From: Camelus ferus
Lineage: Eukaryota
DNA: 64,000 nucleotides
Reading direction: 5' to 3'
Assembly (NCBI RefSeq): GCF_009834535.1
Contig: NC_045726.1
Coordinates: forward strand, 13,950,001-14,014,000
Part shown: positions 13,044 to 26,442 of the stretch, in pieces
Numbering within the stretch: the stretch's first letter is position 1
How the letters are laid out: the number at the start of each line of letters is the position of its first letter
The notes under the pieces: generated by a model
Database searches by the model: none
The model's input: only the letters and a program-made list of their open reading frames with translations
What the model was told of the DNA's origin: nothing
Made by a program: the position numbers and the translations under genes

Positions 13044-13227
13044 CTTCCACTGAGCTGGGCCTCCCCTCCTCTGTCGGCTTGTCCTCCTTGTTCTTGTTCT
13101 TGGGGGAGCAGGCCTGGGAATCCAGCTGCTGGAGGATGGTGGGGCAGAACTCCTTGAACTCACTCTCCCCAATCCGCGACTGGTTGCTGAAGTCGTGGGC
13201 AGCGAAGAGGTCCCCAGAACTGAAGCA
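13044..13227 (-). CDS. SLC39A14: SLC39A14 exon 3 (ectodomain)
   Basis: tttcag acceptor, GTGAG donor, 184 nt. [40 protein letters not shown]...EEGRPSSVE. Confidence 0.97.
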
Positions 13228-14869
13228 CTGAAACGAAGCAGGAGGGGCAGAAAGTCTCTTAGGGCCCAAAGTCACACTTTGCCCCAGCGCCTCCCAAGAA
13301 GGAAACTAGAAGATGGTATTGTCCATAGTTCACGGAACCCACAGACTAATTTCCAACACAGTCCCTAAGCTTGAAAACCTGACAAGTAATCTTGGCAATC
13401 AGCCATCCATACATACCTTATACACACTCATCTGTCAATGGTTCTGGGAACAACTGAATTCCAATCATTATGAGCAAGGTGTGGGTGCTGGAAAGCACGC
13501 CTCTATTTGCATACCTGAAGATACAGCTCCATCCAGATACCAAATCTGGCTCCCTCACAATAGCCCAGGGAGCTATTACAGTGAAATGCAGATTTCAGAT
13601 ACTTCTCTGGAGCTACTGAGCACAGTTTTGTCCCCAGCCTGCTGAACGTGCTGTCAAGAGATTAGGGAAGGAAGGAGGTGGAAATCTAAAGATGGGCATG
13701 GGGCAAGTGCGGGCTGGCCAGTGGGCACGAGTTCTCAGTTCCCTTGGGAGGCATCAGGTAAGCGGTTCTCACATTCCGTTCCTGTGAAACACTGCTATTT
13801 TACTTCTAATTAGACACTCACCCACGTCAGTCTTTATCTGAATTTGGTTTTACATGGGTCTGTCTCCAAGGGAGTCAGCCCTTGCAGGCGGTGATGATGA
13901 GCGAGAGTTTCTGGGCTTACAAAGCTGGGGGCTGGACTCTGTGACCCCGCGATCCTGCTGCTACGCTGGGAGGCCTCTGGGGTCAGGCCGCAGGAGCCCC
14001 CCAGGGCAGCACTCCCGACCAGCTCATGCACCATGCCCCTGCGGTTTTCAGGCCACGTGGTCCCTCCAAACTCTACTCTCCTTCAAGGCAAAGCTCCTGG
14101 GACACCTCCCCTGTGACGCTTCCTTGACTATCTTCTAGTGCACTCTCACCCCCTTGCCTGATTTCTGAATCCTACAATGACTGTCCAACCCACAGCATCT
14201 AATGCTTCATTTCAGTATCAGCTAACTTTGTTCGTGGTTGGTGGAGTTCCCCATCCTGAGGGTAAACTCCCTAAACAGTAGTCATTTTTCTGTTTCTCAC
14301 AACACAGCACAGGGAACAAGGCAGACACATGAAGGCGTTGCTGGCTAACTTACATTTGGCTCCACACATGGCCTCAGACTCTGATTAGCCAAGATGAAAT
14401 GGAAGACAGAACAGAGAACCAGGAGCCAGAAGACCTGAGCCTTAATCCTGCTCCCTCCAGAACTCACTGTGGGCCTTCAGTATCTCAGCATACACAGGAC
14501 ATAATAAAGATTTTCCACCTACACCTAGCGGTGCTTCGAGGCTCACCTGGGACAGCAGGCAAAGGGCTTTGTATAAACATTATTAGAAATACTAGCCATC
14601 CTGGGGGCCCCAGCTCACCAGGAGATCCCAGTGAGCTCTGAGGAAGGATCTAGAGGGCTGAGAACCTCTACTTCCTGGCTGCCCTTGGCTGAGGGCTTCA
14701 GAACACCCATGTGGGAGGTCAGGAGGCGCTGCTGGGGACTCAGACTAGCTGATCCAGACAACAGGGGAGGAAGTGGCCCCATGCTCTGTCATCAAGGCTC
14801 GCCTGTCCCCAATTAGATTGTGAACCTCAAAAGGGCAGAGGCAGCGCTGGGCAGAGCCGGAAACCTTAC

Positions 14870-15133
14870 CGTCGAGAGGTTCCTCTGCCCCTGCACAGGC
14901 TGGGTGATGTTGTTCTGACTCACTCCCACATCCAGGTGCTTGAGCAGGGCCTTCAGCTGCTGCAGGGTGAGGCTGTCACCCTCCCCATAGCGATGCATGA
15001 GGTCCTGCAGGAAAGAGGCTGCGCTGATGGCGGGCATCCCCGGGGAAACAGCCTGAGCCTCCGGAGCAGCTGTCCATACGCTTAGCAGGGTCAGCAGGAA
15101 GCAGCCAGGGAAGACTGGGTGCAGCAGCTTCAT
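14870..15133 (-). CDS. SLC39A14: SLC39A14 (ZIP14) first coding exon (exon 2): signal peptide and start of the ectodomain, 88 aa
   Basis: ATG at 15133 (tcgccATG), acceptor ttgcag at 15148-15149, donor GTAAG at 14869. Translation [17 protein letters not shown]...[34 protein letters not shown]...QRNLST matches the ZIP14 N-terminus. 264 nt, ends in phase 0. Confidence 0.97.
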
Positions 15134-15912
15134 GGCGACAGGTGAGCCTGCAAGAGCAAAAAGCCAGGTGGGGGCAAGGCTTTGGAGACCCACCCTCTCC
15201 TTCCACCCTCCCAGCTACAGGCAACCACAACCAGCCCCTCAGCCATGCTCCAGACAGGTGGGGTCTCTCCTCAGACTCTGAATCCAGTCAGTACCTGCGC
15301 TGACCCTTCACCCCTTCTCTAATGCCTAGCTTTTGAGAAAAATCCTTCTTCTGGAACAGAACATGAAATAAAAGGACAAATTCAACAGGTTTGACTAAGT
15401 TTAAAAAGACAAAAATAGAAAAACTACATGGCTCTTGGTTTTTGTTTCAAGTCCCTGTCTTTTTTAGAGACACTGAAATCATCATGGATTAAATACCTTA
15501 CTTGGGATTTGCTTCAAAATCACAAAGGAGGGGACATTTGCATTAGAGTCAATGAGACAGGATTGGGCAGGAGTTGATAACTGCCAAAATGAGCGGTGGG
15601 TAGATGGAAATTCATTATACTATTCCGTCTACTTTTGTATGTTTTGAATTTCCCCAAACAAAAATCTAAAAAATAAATAAATAAATAAATAATACTACAA
15701 CTAAAAGAAGGAAGGAAAAAAAAAACTGGGAAAAATACACACCATCAAACCTGCCAAAGGGTTATCTCTATAACTGCCTAAATTAGGGAATCAACATGAA
15801 AAATACTCAGTCTCCCTGGTTTGTTAAGAACACAAATTTACAAGATGGAGGGTGCTACTTTGCTACTTATTAAAACAGCAAAGCAGATTTTTTAAAAAAA
15901 GATATAAAACCA

Positions 15913-16080
15913 CTGTATACTACAGGGAACTATATTCAATAACTTGCAGTAACTTATGGTGAAAAAGAATATGAAAACAAATATATGTATGTTCCTGTAT
16001 GACTGAAGCACCGTGCTGTACACTAGAAATTGATTCAACATTGTAAACTGACTATACTTCAATAAACATTTTTTTTAAAA
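15913..16080 (+). mobile_element. Lineage-specific L1 3'-end fragment
   Basis: Same family as 25035-25237, 40007-40220 and 55050-55350 (cagggaactatattcaat...gactatacttcaataaa). Confidence 0.85.
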
Positions 16081-19000
16081 ATATACAAAACCAAATGTTA
16101 GTGAGGGCAAACAACAGAATAACATACTTCTGGTGGCTATATGAATAACATGATTCTTGAAAAGTTATATGATAATAAATGTATTTAAATCCTTCAGTAA
16201 TTCGACTTCTAGAATTTACACTGATAGAAGCAATCCGAAAATAAAAAGCCTACAGGCAGAAAGATGTGCTGTGGTCAAGTGAATTATATCAATTTCATAG
16301 AATAGTACGCAGCTATAAAAAGGTTCGGCATCATGAGTTTAACGTTAAATAAAGAAGCAGAACCATTATGTAAAACAGAGTTAAGAACTGACAAGGAACA
16401 GATAAAATCAAAAGCTTACGGTAGCAGGACTGAGTTTCTTTTGTTAATCATTCCCCTTCGTACAGTTATAATTTACTTAGTGAAATAAACAAACACCAGC
16501 AGGGGAAAATGAGCCTATTTAATCCAGGCCTAGGAATCCAGGCACTGCAGTTATTCCCAGGCAGCCCCAGGCACCCAGGGCTCTGGCTTGATGCCTCGTG
16601 GGGGCCACTCCACCTCCCCGCCTTTGCTTGGGACAGAGCAACCAGAGCAGAGTGGTTAAGAGCAGGCTTGTCTGCAGCTCGACTCTACCACTCACTTGCT
16701 GTGTGATGTTGGGCAAGTTATTTAACCAGAGTCAACATTCTAGAATCACCCAGAGCACTGATGCAGTGTACCACGGCCTTCAGTGTCAGAAAGACCTGGC
16801 TGGAATTTCCACACTGCTTCCCAGAAGTGACCTTGGCCAGGTTCCTTAGCCCCTCTCCACACACAGTTTTCTCATCTATAAAATTGGTTCCTACTTCACT
16901 AGACTATTATGAAGATTTAATGACATGAGCTTTGGCAAGTGACTAGGCTCAAGAAAGCACTTGATACAATGTGGCTGCGATTATTTTAAGACTTATAATT
17001 AGCAGGGTTCCTCCACTCTGACTCCCTCTCAGTCCAGATATTAAGCTGCCAATGGAACCATCAGGAACACCCCGTGGCCAGCTTTACTCCAGGCCTGCAG
17101 CACACACATCACCCAGGCCCCTGACCAGAAGCATACCCGGGACATGGGGCATGCACAGAATCTGGGGACCCTTGAATGGAATATACTGAGTCACACAAAT
17201 GGATGGATTAGGCATCAACCAAAACGACAGCCTGTAGAAGTGTCACTTTGAGACGAGCAACTCTCAAATCTCCACCAAGCACCAAAAGTTAAGTTACAGT
17301 CAGCAGGATGGATCTTAGTCCAAAACAGCAAAACCCCACTGTACAAAGAAAGCTGTTCTCCGCCTGACCACACTGTAATTTGTCTAAGGCATGTGCTGTG
17401 CTGTCAAAACAAAGGGGAGGAGGGCTGCACGGGTTTAGAAAAGGGGAGGCAAAGAGATGAGGACAGCAGCTAGCATCACGACCCATGTGACCCCGCTGAG
17501 CACCTGACATTCACCGATTCCTTTAAGAGAAGGTGGGATACTTGTCCTCATCTAACAGATGCGGAAACTGGGGTTTGGAGATTAGGGAATGTGACCTACA
17601 GCCAGCAAGTAGAGCAGTGAAGCCAGAAACCAAATTTTTTCATGAATCAGGTCTAAATGATGCTGACGTCAGGGCACTCTTAACAACCCCTTGGCACGTG
17701 GAGACAAAAACATACACAACCCAGGTCCCCTGCAGAGCCCCAAAGCTTGCATGTCTCTGGTCAGAACCTCCCCAATTTCTACCAGCCCCAAACGCAGGCA
17801 TAAGATGCCCTGACGACCTGTGTAGGGGAACCCCCAAATGTGCCTTAGGGGACAAGCCGTGTTACGAGGTTCCTTCTGCAGAATCTCTTCAACAAAACAA
17901 ACAATTGTTCCCACTCCAGCTGTATTTCTCAAATGTATTTGCAGCAACTTCAGGACACTCAGAAACAGCAATAAACATACAAAAAGGTGAGACACCCAAG
18001 GTAGCTTCACCGGGATGGGCATTCACAGCAAGGTTAGCATGTACTCGGTGTTTGCTCTTGGCTGACCCAGTGGCCCCTCGGCCCCCTCCCGCCTGGCCCG
18101 TGCTTCCCAGAGTCAGAGCAGAGTCTAGAAACAACTGGGGGGCAGTAAGAAGTCTGGTCCAGGGATCCTGGAGTCACTAAAGACACTTCAAATCCAAGTG
18201 ACCCGGGCCTTTTGGCAGACCTGAAAGGGGAACTTTCTGCTCCAATGGAGATTTAAGTTATTCTTAGAAAAAAAAAAAAAAAGTTTAAAAGAAATTCTTT
18301 GGAGGAAAGAAAGAAGAGAGGAAAAACACATACAGCTCATGGTAAGGCTGGATGGTGAGGCTGGAGGGTCCTCGTTGCATGGCCCTGGCTGCAGGAGGAA
18401 GCCTGTTTTATTAAGGCCGTGGAAATGGGCGGCCCAGGAGACCATTCTTGCCGGGGGGAGCTGAGCCATCTGCCTTCAAGGCCACCTTCCTTCCAGGAGC
18501 AAGAAGAGCGCATGGGACCGGGCAGAACACAAGTTGGAGGCAAAGGCCCGAGTGTGCTGCTGGCGCAGAGGACCAGGCTCCCCCACGAAAGAGAAGCTGG
18601 AGTCTCTCCACCCCTTTGTTCCCTTGGCTCGGGTTCAAAGAAGTAAATTATTTCAGTGCCTTAGGTCTGTGTTCAAGGCGCCAGACCCAACCCTCCATGG
18701 GGGAGCGAGGCCTGTGAGTCGGCAGGAGATGCCTGCTCTCGGACCCTCTGTGGAACCATCAGAAGTTCCTTCCCATCTTGGAGGCTCCTCATTTTGAATT
18801 GCACCTGCCTGTCAGCCCTCCACTTGGTCCAGAAGTAGCTCATTCCAGAATTGGCACTTCTGCCCCGAGGACAGACTTTACTATTGCATTTACCACGATG
18901 CATTTTTTCCCATGCTCACTTCCCTTGCAGAGAGGAGCAAACATGAACTTCTCTTTGGGGTGACAGAGCAGTGAGCTGCCATGATACTTGGTCCAGAGGC

Positions 19001-20559
19001 TGGACACTGATGTGAGCAGAACAGACAACAGAGACCTGAGGGGCCTGGGAACTGCTGGGCCCTCAAACATCCACTCCCTTCCCTGACCACGAGCTGGGCG
19101 GGCAGCCTATCTTCTCCCTCTCAGATTCCTCTGGGCCAAGGAATGAAACACAGGAGATAAGATCGAATGTTCCAGAGACAAATTTGGCTAAGGCACAGCG
19201 GTTTCCAAGGCCAGCTGGTAAGCCACAGGAAATGGGTAAAGGATGTGCCTGCAACTGTGGCTCCTCATACCCGCTCTGAGCCCCCTCGAAGCACAGGCTG
19301 TGTGGGAGCACAGTGAATGGTAAGGCCCCACTAACTACCACGAGGCAGCTGCCCTCCCCCCCACCCCCAGGGGCTCTCTCTCAGTCAACAGCCCATCGCT
19401 GCAGAAGACCTTCAAACACACTGGTCTTTCTCCAGTCCCCGGGCCCACCCCATTCTAAGGCTGTCACCTGTCAGTCTAATAGGAATGTCTCCCCACTGAA
19501 CACTCCCTACGAGGAGTAAACACTGCAGATGGTCTGGGTGAGCGCAGGGAGCAACATTCCTGAGTCTCCAGCAGGAGAGGCGTCTAAAAAACCCCGAAAC
19601 TTGAAGACCAAAGACAGAGCCGGGCCACAGGATGGAGGTGGTGGCCTTGAAGGCTCAAAAACCCTGGCATCTGCCTTCTGTGCTGTGGGTGCCAACAACG
19701 AGGGATGCACGGACTTTGGCAACAGGAGGACCACTGGGCTTGGTGTGAGAGGTCCAGTTAGCAGCAACTCCAAGGTCTGATGTTTCCTGATGTTGGAAAG
19801 AGGAAAACAAAGCCACAGAGCTTTATGAGTACGAAGAAAGATAAAGTAGGTTGGAACACTAAATAAAGATTTCTGAATTAAGACGGAGAATTGGAATGGC
19901 AACACAATTTTCTTTTCCTTGATAACTTAAAAAAAAACAGTAAAAAAGCCAAAAAAAAAAAAAAAAAAGTCACCCACAGCAAGCAAACAAGGAAAAAGGC
20001 GTATCTGATATAATAACTTTCAGGAGAAGGACTGTTGGAGGCACGGCACGAGGCTAACCTCCCGGCCCCGGCCGGGCCCCGACTGCTCCAGTCATGACGG
20101 AGAACCAGAATTCTCACTAAACCTCCCGGATCTGGAGAGAGGCAAACTGCAGCCAACTCCTCCTCCTCAGTTAGGGAGTAGTGGGAAAGGTGCTGGGAAA
20201 CAAAGAAACAGGTGGACTGGGAACAAGAACAAGGGACCGACTCCCTTTGAGGGATATATGGGCTCTCCGAGGCCACAGGCTGAGCTGGGGAAACTATCCA
20301 ATTCCAGTGAGTCTTCCTCGCCCCCCAACAGAATGGGGCGCAGCTCCCCAGTCAGTGGGCGGAACCGCGCCACACCACAGGGGCCGCCACCAAGTCCCAG
20401 AAAGGGGCAATTCCATCTCTGCCCCCATCCAATTCAGGCTAAAGAGAACAAGCCACCAATACCCCGCCCTCAGCACTGCTGTCGTGGGGATGGGGGACAA
20501 GCCTGCCTCGGTGTGGTGGGAAGAAAGTCACTGTCTTATTTGAGAGCCAACAGAACGGA

Positions 20560-21740
20560 AAAATGGGCAGCATCGAGACGGTGAGAAGAAACAGCGGGCC
20601 AATCACGCAAGAGGCGAAGATGTCAACCGAAAGGAACACATCACTCCAGAGAAAAGAATTTCTCACAACTGCTCCACACTGTGGAATAACTCGATTAGAA
20701 CATTCACGCAGTAAAACCAGGGCTCAGAGATGGGATTATAAAACAAAAGGAGATGCAGGCTTACCAAAAAAAGACCAACAAGACAACGCTGAAGAACTAG
20801 TACATAGATGATAATGCACAGAGAACAAAATGCTGCCAGTGATGTCAGACAGAAATACTGACACAAGAAGGTATGAGATAACTATAGTGCAAGCAGATGG
20901 AAAGGACAAATCAAAGCATACAGTGAGAAGACAAAGACATCACGGACGGATAAATGGTGTTCCGGAAGCAGAGAACCCGAGTCGGGAACAGGAGCTAAGC
21001 TCAAAGATAACACACGACTTCCCTGAAACGAAAGGAAAACAGAATCTGATGACTGAAATATTACACTGGACTCCACAAAAATTTGATGCAGAAGGTTCAA
21101 CACTGAGACACTGCCTAGTTAAGTTACTGAACTTAAGACATTTCCAGGCATCCAGAAGAAACTGTTTTTCCCCCAAAATGTTTTCCTACAAAAATCAGGA
21201 AACATACTAGAACTTCTTCTAAGTGGTAGAAAATTCAGACTGCCCTCATCTTCTCCATAGCGACATTTAGCATCAGAAGAAAGGCAACAATGTTTACATA
21301 ATTCCGAGACACAGAAAATATGAGCCAACTGAGAATCATTCCCAGCCAAGATGTGGTACAAATTTGGTAAAGACGACAGGCAGAAATTCTCAAGCATGAA
21401 AGAATTCAGTCCCCTTCCTAGGTGGGAAAAATGACATGATAATGAAATGCAGCTAATTAACAGAAAAGTAAAATTAAAGAGCTCAGGAAAGCAGAAATCA
21501 TGGGTAAGCATTTAAACTCTTCAAATAAATAATTTTAAAAAACTATGGAGATTATGGTTGTAGGACAGAATTTAAATGTTATAATCATGGACCATTTAAT
21601 AATATAATTAACAATCTAAAGATGGAAAGAAAGGAGATGAGGGGAAAAAAATGGGAAAATGCTAACATCTCCATTTTTCATAGCAGAGTCAATAAATTCT
21701 GTCTAAAATGGAAACAAGTAATTACAGAGATGATTCACAA
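20560..21740 (+). mobile_element. Decayed HAL1/L1 ORF1-like element in SLC39A14 intron 1
   Basis: ORF 20830-21210 contains L1 ORF1p-like words RINGVPE (cf. RIIGVPE), DFPE and TLRHCLVKLLN (cf. TPRHILVK); downstream gaatcattcccagccaag resembles ILYPAK. No ORF2 follows. Confidence 0.6.
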
Positions 21741-24600
21741 GTTTTTTTTTTTAACCTTTTTTGGGGTCTTTTAGGAAATCACCTCCTTTGTGAAGACATA
21801 TCTCTCTACAGTTAATAATTTCTTCAATTTTACTACGATTTCTTTCTCTTCTGTTACATTCAGGGAAGTGTTAATAATTTTTTTTTTACAGGAGTATTTT
21901 ATTTCTCTACGTCCATTAATCTGTGAGCATGCCTGGAAGGTTATCTGGAATCATGGCCACCTAACGTTAGTGATGACTTCTGAGTGCTGGGATCTAGAGT
22001 GTTTTGGGGTTTTTATTTGTTTTTAACTCTTTCTGTTAATGCATCATTGATGTGTCCCAAGGGGTGGTGTAGGTAGGGCAATATTAGAAAACATCGGTGA
22101 TTATTTTTATAACAAGGAGTTAGGGAGAATTTTCTCATATGGCACAAAACCTAGAACCTGTAAAAGCAATAATTAATACATACGACTACGAAAAGTGCCA
22201 AGTGTTCTATAAACAGTGTACCTCCAGTGTCCATGGTCAAACTAACGATGACACAGGCCTCTGTGTATTCCCAGTAGACCCAGTTAGGAAAGCAACAGTC
22301 TTGCAGATTGATGCGCAAGCACATATCCCCCTGCGGGCTCTCTGGAGTTTAAAGAGTTTTGTGAAAAACTACCCAGCTGCAGTCCTCCCCACCCACCAAA
22401 TGAACATCGTCCAAGAGGCCAATCTCCTCTCGGACAAGCTGAGCACCCCTCGCCCTGCAAGCACCGTGCAAATAACACAGCTTGAAAGCCGGCCCTCGGC
22501 CTTGCCCAGACTCAACAGGCTGACTCTTCTGCTCCCTCGACCGTTCTCCTTCGCACTCCCAGAGGATGTGCGCTTGTCCTCCATCCAGCTCCCACTCCCA
22601 GAACCTTAGCCTCAGACTTTGGCTCAGCCAAAGGCCACCCAGGGTGGGAGATTTCTGCAGACAGTGCAGGGGGGCTGCCAGGGAGGAGGGGGGCAGGGGT
22701 ACCCAGAGCCGGTAGCCCACTCACTGTCCTTATGAAACCTCACATTGCTGGGAGAGGCAGGATAGAAAACTTACCAAAAAAAAAAAAAAAGTGAGTGGTG
22801 ACCCAAAAGCAGGGAACAAAATTAGAACCAGAAGCCTGCTACTCATCAGCCAGTGTTTACTGAGCCCCCGTTGTGCGTGTCGGTGCCTGTGGGAGGGAGG
22901 CTGGGAAGGGCTGGGGCAGCTGATTTAGCCACACGCTGAGCCCGGAGCGAGGCGAAGGACAGCCAGGCCCAGAGGGCTGGACCAGCAGGGGAGAGGACTG
23001 CATTTACCAGGCTCCACCCGTCCAGCCTGGCGGGACCCAGGCTAGACCAAGCAGAGAAGTCTTCCAAAACTAATTGACTGAGTCAGGCAGCCCAGTAAGC
23101 GGGAGCCCGCAGGACTCCCCCACCGGAGGCCAGGGCAAGAGTCACCGCTATTCTCATCATTCATCCATCACCATTTCCCAGACACTCCATTGCAAAATTC
23201 TGACCTATTGTCCCTCTAAGTCCATTCCTGTTTGTCAGACCATGGGGCCCAGCATGTGGTTTAGGAAACAAGGTACTCACACCCACCACTTACATCACCC
23301 ACTTGAAGCAAAATCCCCCAACTTGTTATTCAGGGTCAAAAGTAAAATGTATGATCTAGTGGCTAGCTCATCAGAGAGCACGACAAGTCAGGCAGACCCG
23401 GGTTCAATTTTGGGGCCTGCCACTAAGTTACCATGTACCATCAGCACAATTAAGCTATGAAATGTCCAGTCTCTTGGGGGAACTCTGATCAATTAGAGAG
23501 AGCTTAAAGGTCAGAGCTTTTAGGTCTGTTCCTGCTGTTCTCTGTCCAAGCTTTCAGGCCCATCCCCTCACCTACACCTGAACCTGCCTAGTCTCAGATT
23601 ACCTCCTCCTCCAGGAAGCCTTCTTGGACCACTCTGAGCACTCACCTCCAACTGCTTTGGACTCCTAATGACCTGGTCTCCCAGGGGGTCTTCAGATTTT
23701 TGTTCCTTGAAGGCAAGGGAGTCCTCCCCTTACTCTTCCCTATAATACAACGCCTGGACCAGTGCTGGGTACATCAGCCAGGAGAAGCAAAGAATTTCTG
23801 CTGGAAGGTAAGTCCAGCCTCCCATTTGACTGACGTCTGCCTGCATTGCCCCTGCAGCTCGATGAGGAACAGGGCGCTCAGGGCCTCCTTCCACAGACAT
23901 CCTACCCCCACACCCCCACTTCCCAGGGCCTTCAAACATTATCTGAAGTCAGATGCCCAGAGTACTTATTACTCCCTTCTTCTCTAGACTAAACAATCCC
24001 CATTCTTTCCATTTTGTTTATATCCACTGAAAAAAAGGCTAGCTACACCTGCCGGACTTTTTAAAAACCCTCAGTCCAAGAAATCATTCATTCAACAAAT
24101 AGTCATTGCCTACCAGTTCCGTACTGGGAATAATGCTAGAGGATGCCTCATAGCTGCCCTCACAGAGCAGGGAAAGCAAACAATTCAACAAGCAACTTAC
24201 AAGAACAATGATGACAAGGGTTGTGTACTGATCAGGGTTCAGTTAGGCAATTTAAGCAGAAAGGGATTTCGTGCAACATATGAAAGGGCCTAGAGAATCA
24301 GGGGAAAAGCTGAAGAAACAGGACCCTAGACTGAGCTTCCGGGAGCTACTCCCAAGATCATGGTGCAGAGCCAGCCGGCAGGAGCTGCTGCCCCCACCAC
24401 CATCAGGTAGCTATGGCACAAGGACGCTGCCCAGTCCAGGACCACGCCACCCCTTGCCACACCAGCAAAATGGCCGCCCCAGAGTCCGTCCTGAGGAAAA
24501 GGATGCCCACACATTGAAGGCTGGATCGAGCCCAGCAATTGGCAGAATGCAAGTCACACTGGGAATTCTGGCAAAAGGATGTCTGGAAAGTGCGTATGGC

Positions 24601-24629
24601 TTTGTTTTGTTTTGTTTTGTTTTGTTTTG
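24601..24629. repeat. (TTTTG)n microsatellite
   Basis: About six consecutive units. Confidence 0.9.
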
Positions 24630-25034
24630 ATTCTCTACTTTTAGCAGGTTGGACTGTAATTTATTATCCAAAGTAATGCACTTGATAGTGAAAGGAGGTG
24701 CTATTAGTAAACAAACCAGGACAACAAGAGTAAAACATAGGGATGCCTTGGGGTGGACGCCTGGTGAACAAGGCAATCCACACCATCCACCAAAGATCCC
24801 AGCGAGCTATGGAGAAGATGACAGGGCAGTCAAATCTAGTGTTAGGGGTCGGGGGCCTCCAAACAGAGACATTATTTTAGCCGAGACCTAGAGGGTGTGG
24901 AAAAGTGGGCCAGGTGGAGGTGAAGGGGAGGGGAGGGGGTGGCGTGTTCCAGAAAGATGCAGCTTTGTTTGGAAAGACTTGGCCAAGATGGCACATTGTG
25001 CAGACAATAACTACTATGTAGTTAGTCATTTGCA

Positions 25035-25237
25035 GATTTGCAGATACTAACTACTATACATAAAATAGATAAACAAGGTCCTATTGTATAGCACAGGGAA
25101 CTATATTCAATATCTTGTAGTCACTTACAATAAAAAAGAATATGAAAAGGAATATATGTATGTACATGTATGACTGAAACATGCTGTACACCAGAAACTG
25201 ACACAACACTGTAAACTGACTATACTTCAAAAAAAAA
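25035..25237 (+). mobile_element. Lineage-specific L1 3'-end fragment
   Basis: gatttgcagatactaactactata...gtaaactgactatacttc+A tail. Confidence 0.85.
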
Positions 25238-26255
25238 TGCACATCTAAGAACTTGGAGTCCTGTGTGGCCAGGGTGTACACAAGAGGACATGGTAGGGGC
25301 CAGGGAGGGGACAGCCCTGCAGGCGATGTTAAGGTGCCCAGATCTCATCTGTAGGGCACTGGGGATCATTTTCAGCAGAGATACAGTCAGATCTGTGTTT
25401 TTAGGATACTGGTCTGGCTGCATGGTAGAGAACGGACGAGGAGGCAGGCAAGAACAAAACCCAGAAGCCCAGGTAGGAGGCTCCTTGGGTTCCAGGTGGG
25501 AGAACAGAGCACCCAGTTGGATCTAAAGAGCAAAGCTTCTTCTCTTTCTCCCAGCTTCAACCCAGCCCGGGGTGCTTCCCTGACCCTTGGGGCTACTGGC
25601 CTTGTAGTTTTCCATTAAAGAATGGAACAGTCTCCTCTTTAATGGGTACCAGGAGAGAACTAAGCCACATTACTGTCCTGATAACCAAAAGCATCAGAGT
25701 GAGCTTGAAAAGCCCACCCCCTACCCCCATCATTTCCTGAGTCAGGCAGAGACAAGTCTGCTCCACTCTCCTGCTGTAGCAGGAGGGCCATTTGTAAATG
25801 CCAACTGCAACTCCCGGGCAGCAACACTCTGTGGGCAGAATTTGCCACCAACGGCCTCTCACAAGAAGTCTCTTATGTTCCCTTCTTCCCAAAATGGGGA
25901 CGAAGAGTCCTCTGAGCCCCAGGCTCTCTCTGGGAGGTGAGGTGAGCTCTTCTCAGACAGTGAGCCTTTACAGACCCTGGGCCACAGCAGGCAGAGGCAA
26001 GCCTGCACGGGGAACCTCCCTCCACCAGCAGCCAGGCCCCAGACAGCCCCACTGCTCTGCCTGCAGCAAAGACTCTCTGTCCTGTGGCCAGTCCACCCCT
26101 CCTCCCTCCCTCCAAGTCCTGCTGCACCACTATCTCCCCCTTTACAACCCTCCCATCCTTAAGCCAGTGCAAGCCCCTCAATCCTCCTCAAAGACTCCGA
26201 CCACGCCAATCTCTACGGCTGAGATGCTGAACTGGGTGTGATAGTGTGTCTAAGG

Positions 26256-26442
26256 AAAGCAGTTCTCAGAGCGTGGTCCTGGGACAGGCAGCATCACCAC
26301 CACCTGGGAACCTGTGGGAAGCACAAATTCTCAGCCCCCTCCGTCCAAATCTGCTGAATCAGAAGCTCTGTGTGGGCCCAGCAATCTGTTTTAGGAAGCT
26401 CTCCAGGGGATCATGATACACGTGGAAGTCTGAGGACCACTA
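26256..26442 (+). mobile_element. MER5A-type hAT MITE
   Basis: gcagttctcagagcgtggtcc...cagcatcacc..ctgggaac...ctgaatcagaagctctg..gggcccagcaatctg...gtctgaggaccact. Confidence 0.8.

Noticed and set aside
17533-18180. 215-aa + strand ORF, the longest in the track
   Set aside because: Starts in a MIR-like segment, has no recognisable domain or splice context, and lies antisense in intron 1. Consistent with a chance ORF.
20830-21210. 126-aa ORF as a domesticated L1 ORF1-like gene
   Set aside because: Surrounding ORF1 homology is broken by stops and frameshifts; it is a decayed HAL1/L1 relic.
22690-22790. Donor-like motifs (ACA|GTGAGT, TTG|GTAAGT) as another alternative first exon
   Set aside because: No promoter signature or clear exon start; such motifs occur by chance in a 24-kb intron. 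RNA data would be needed.
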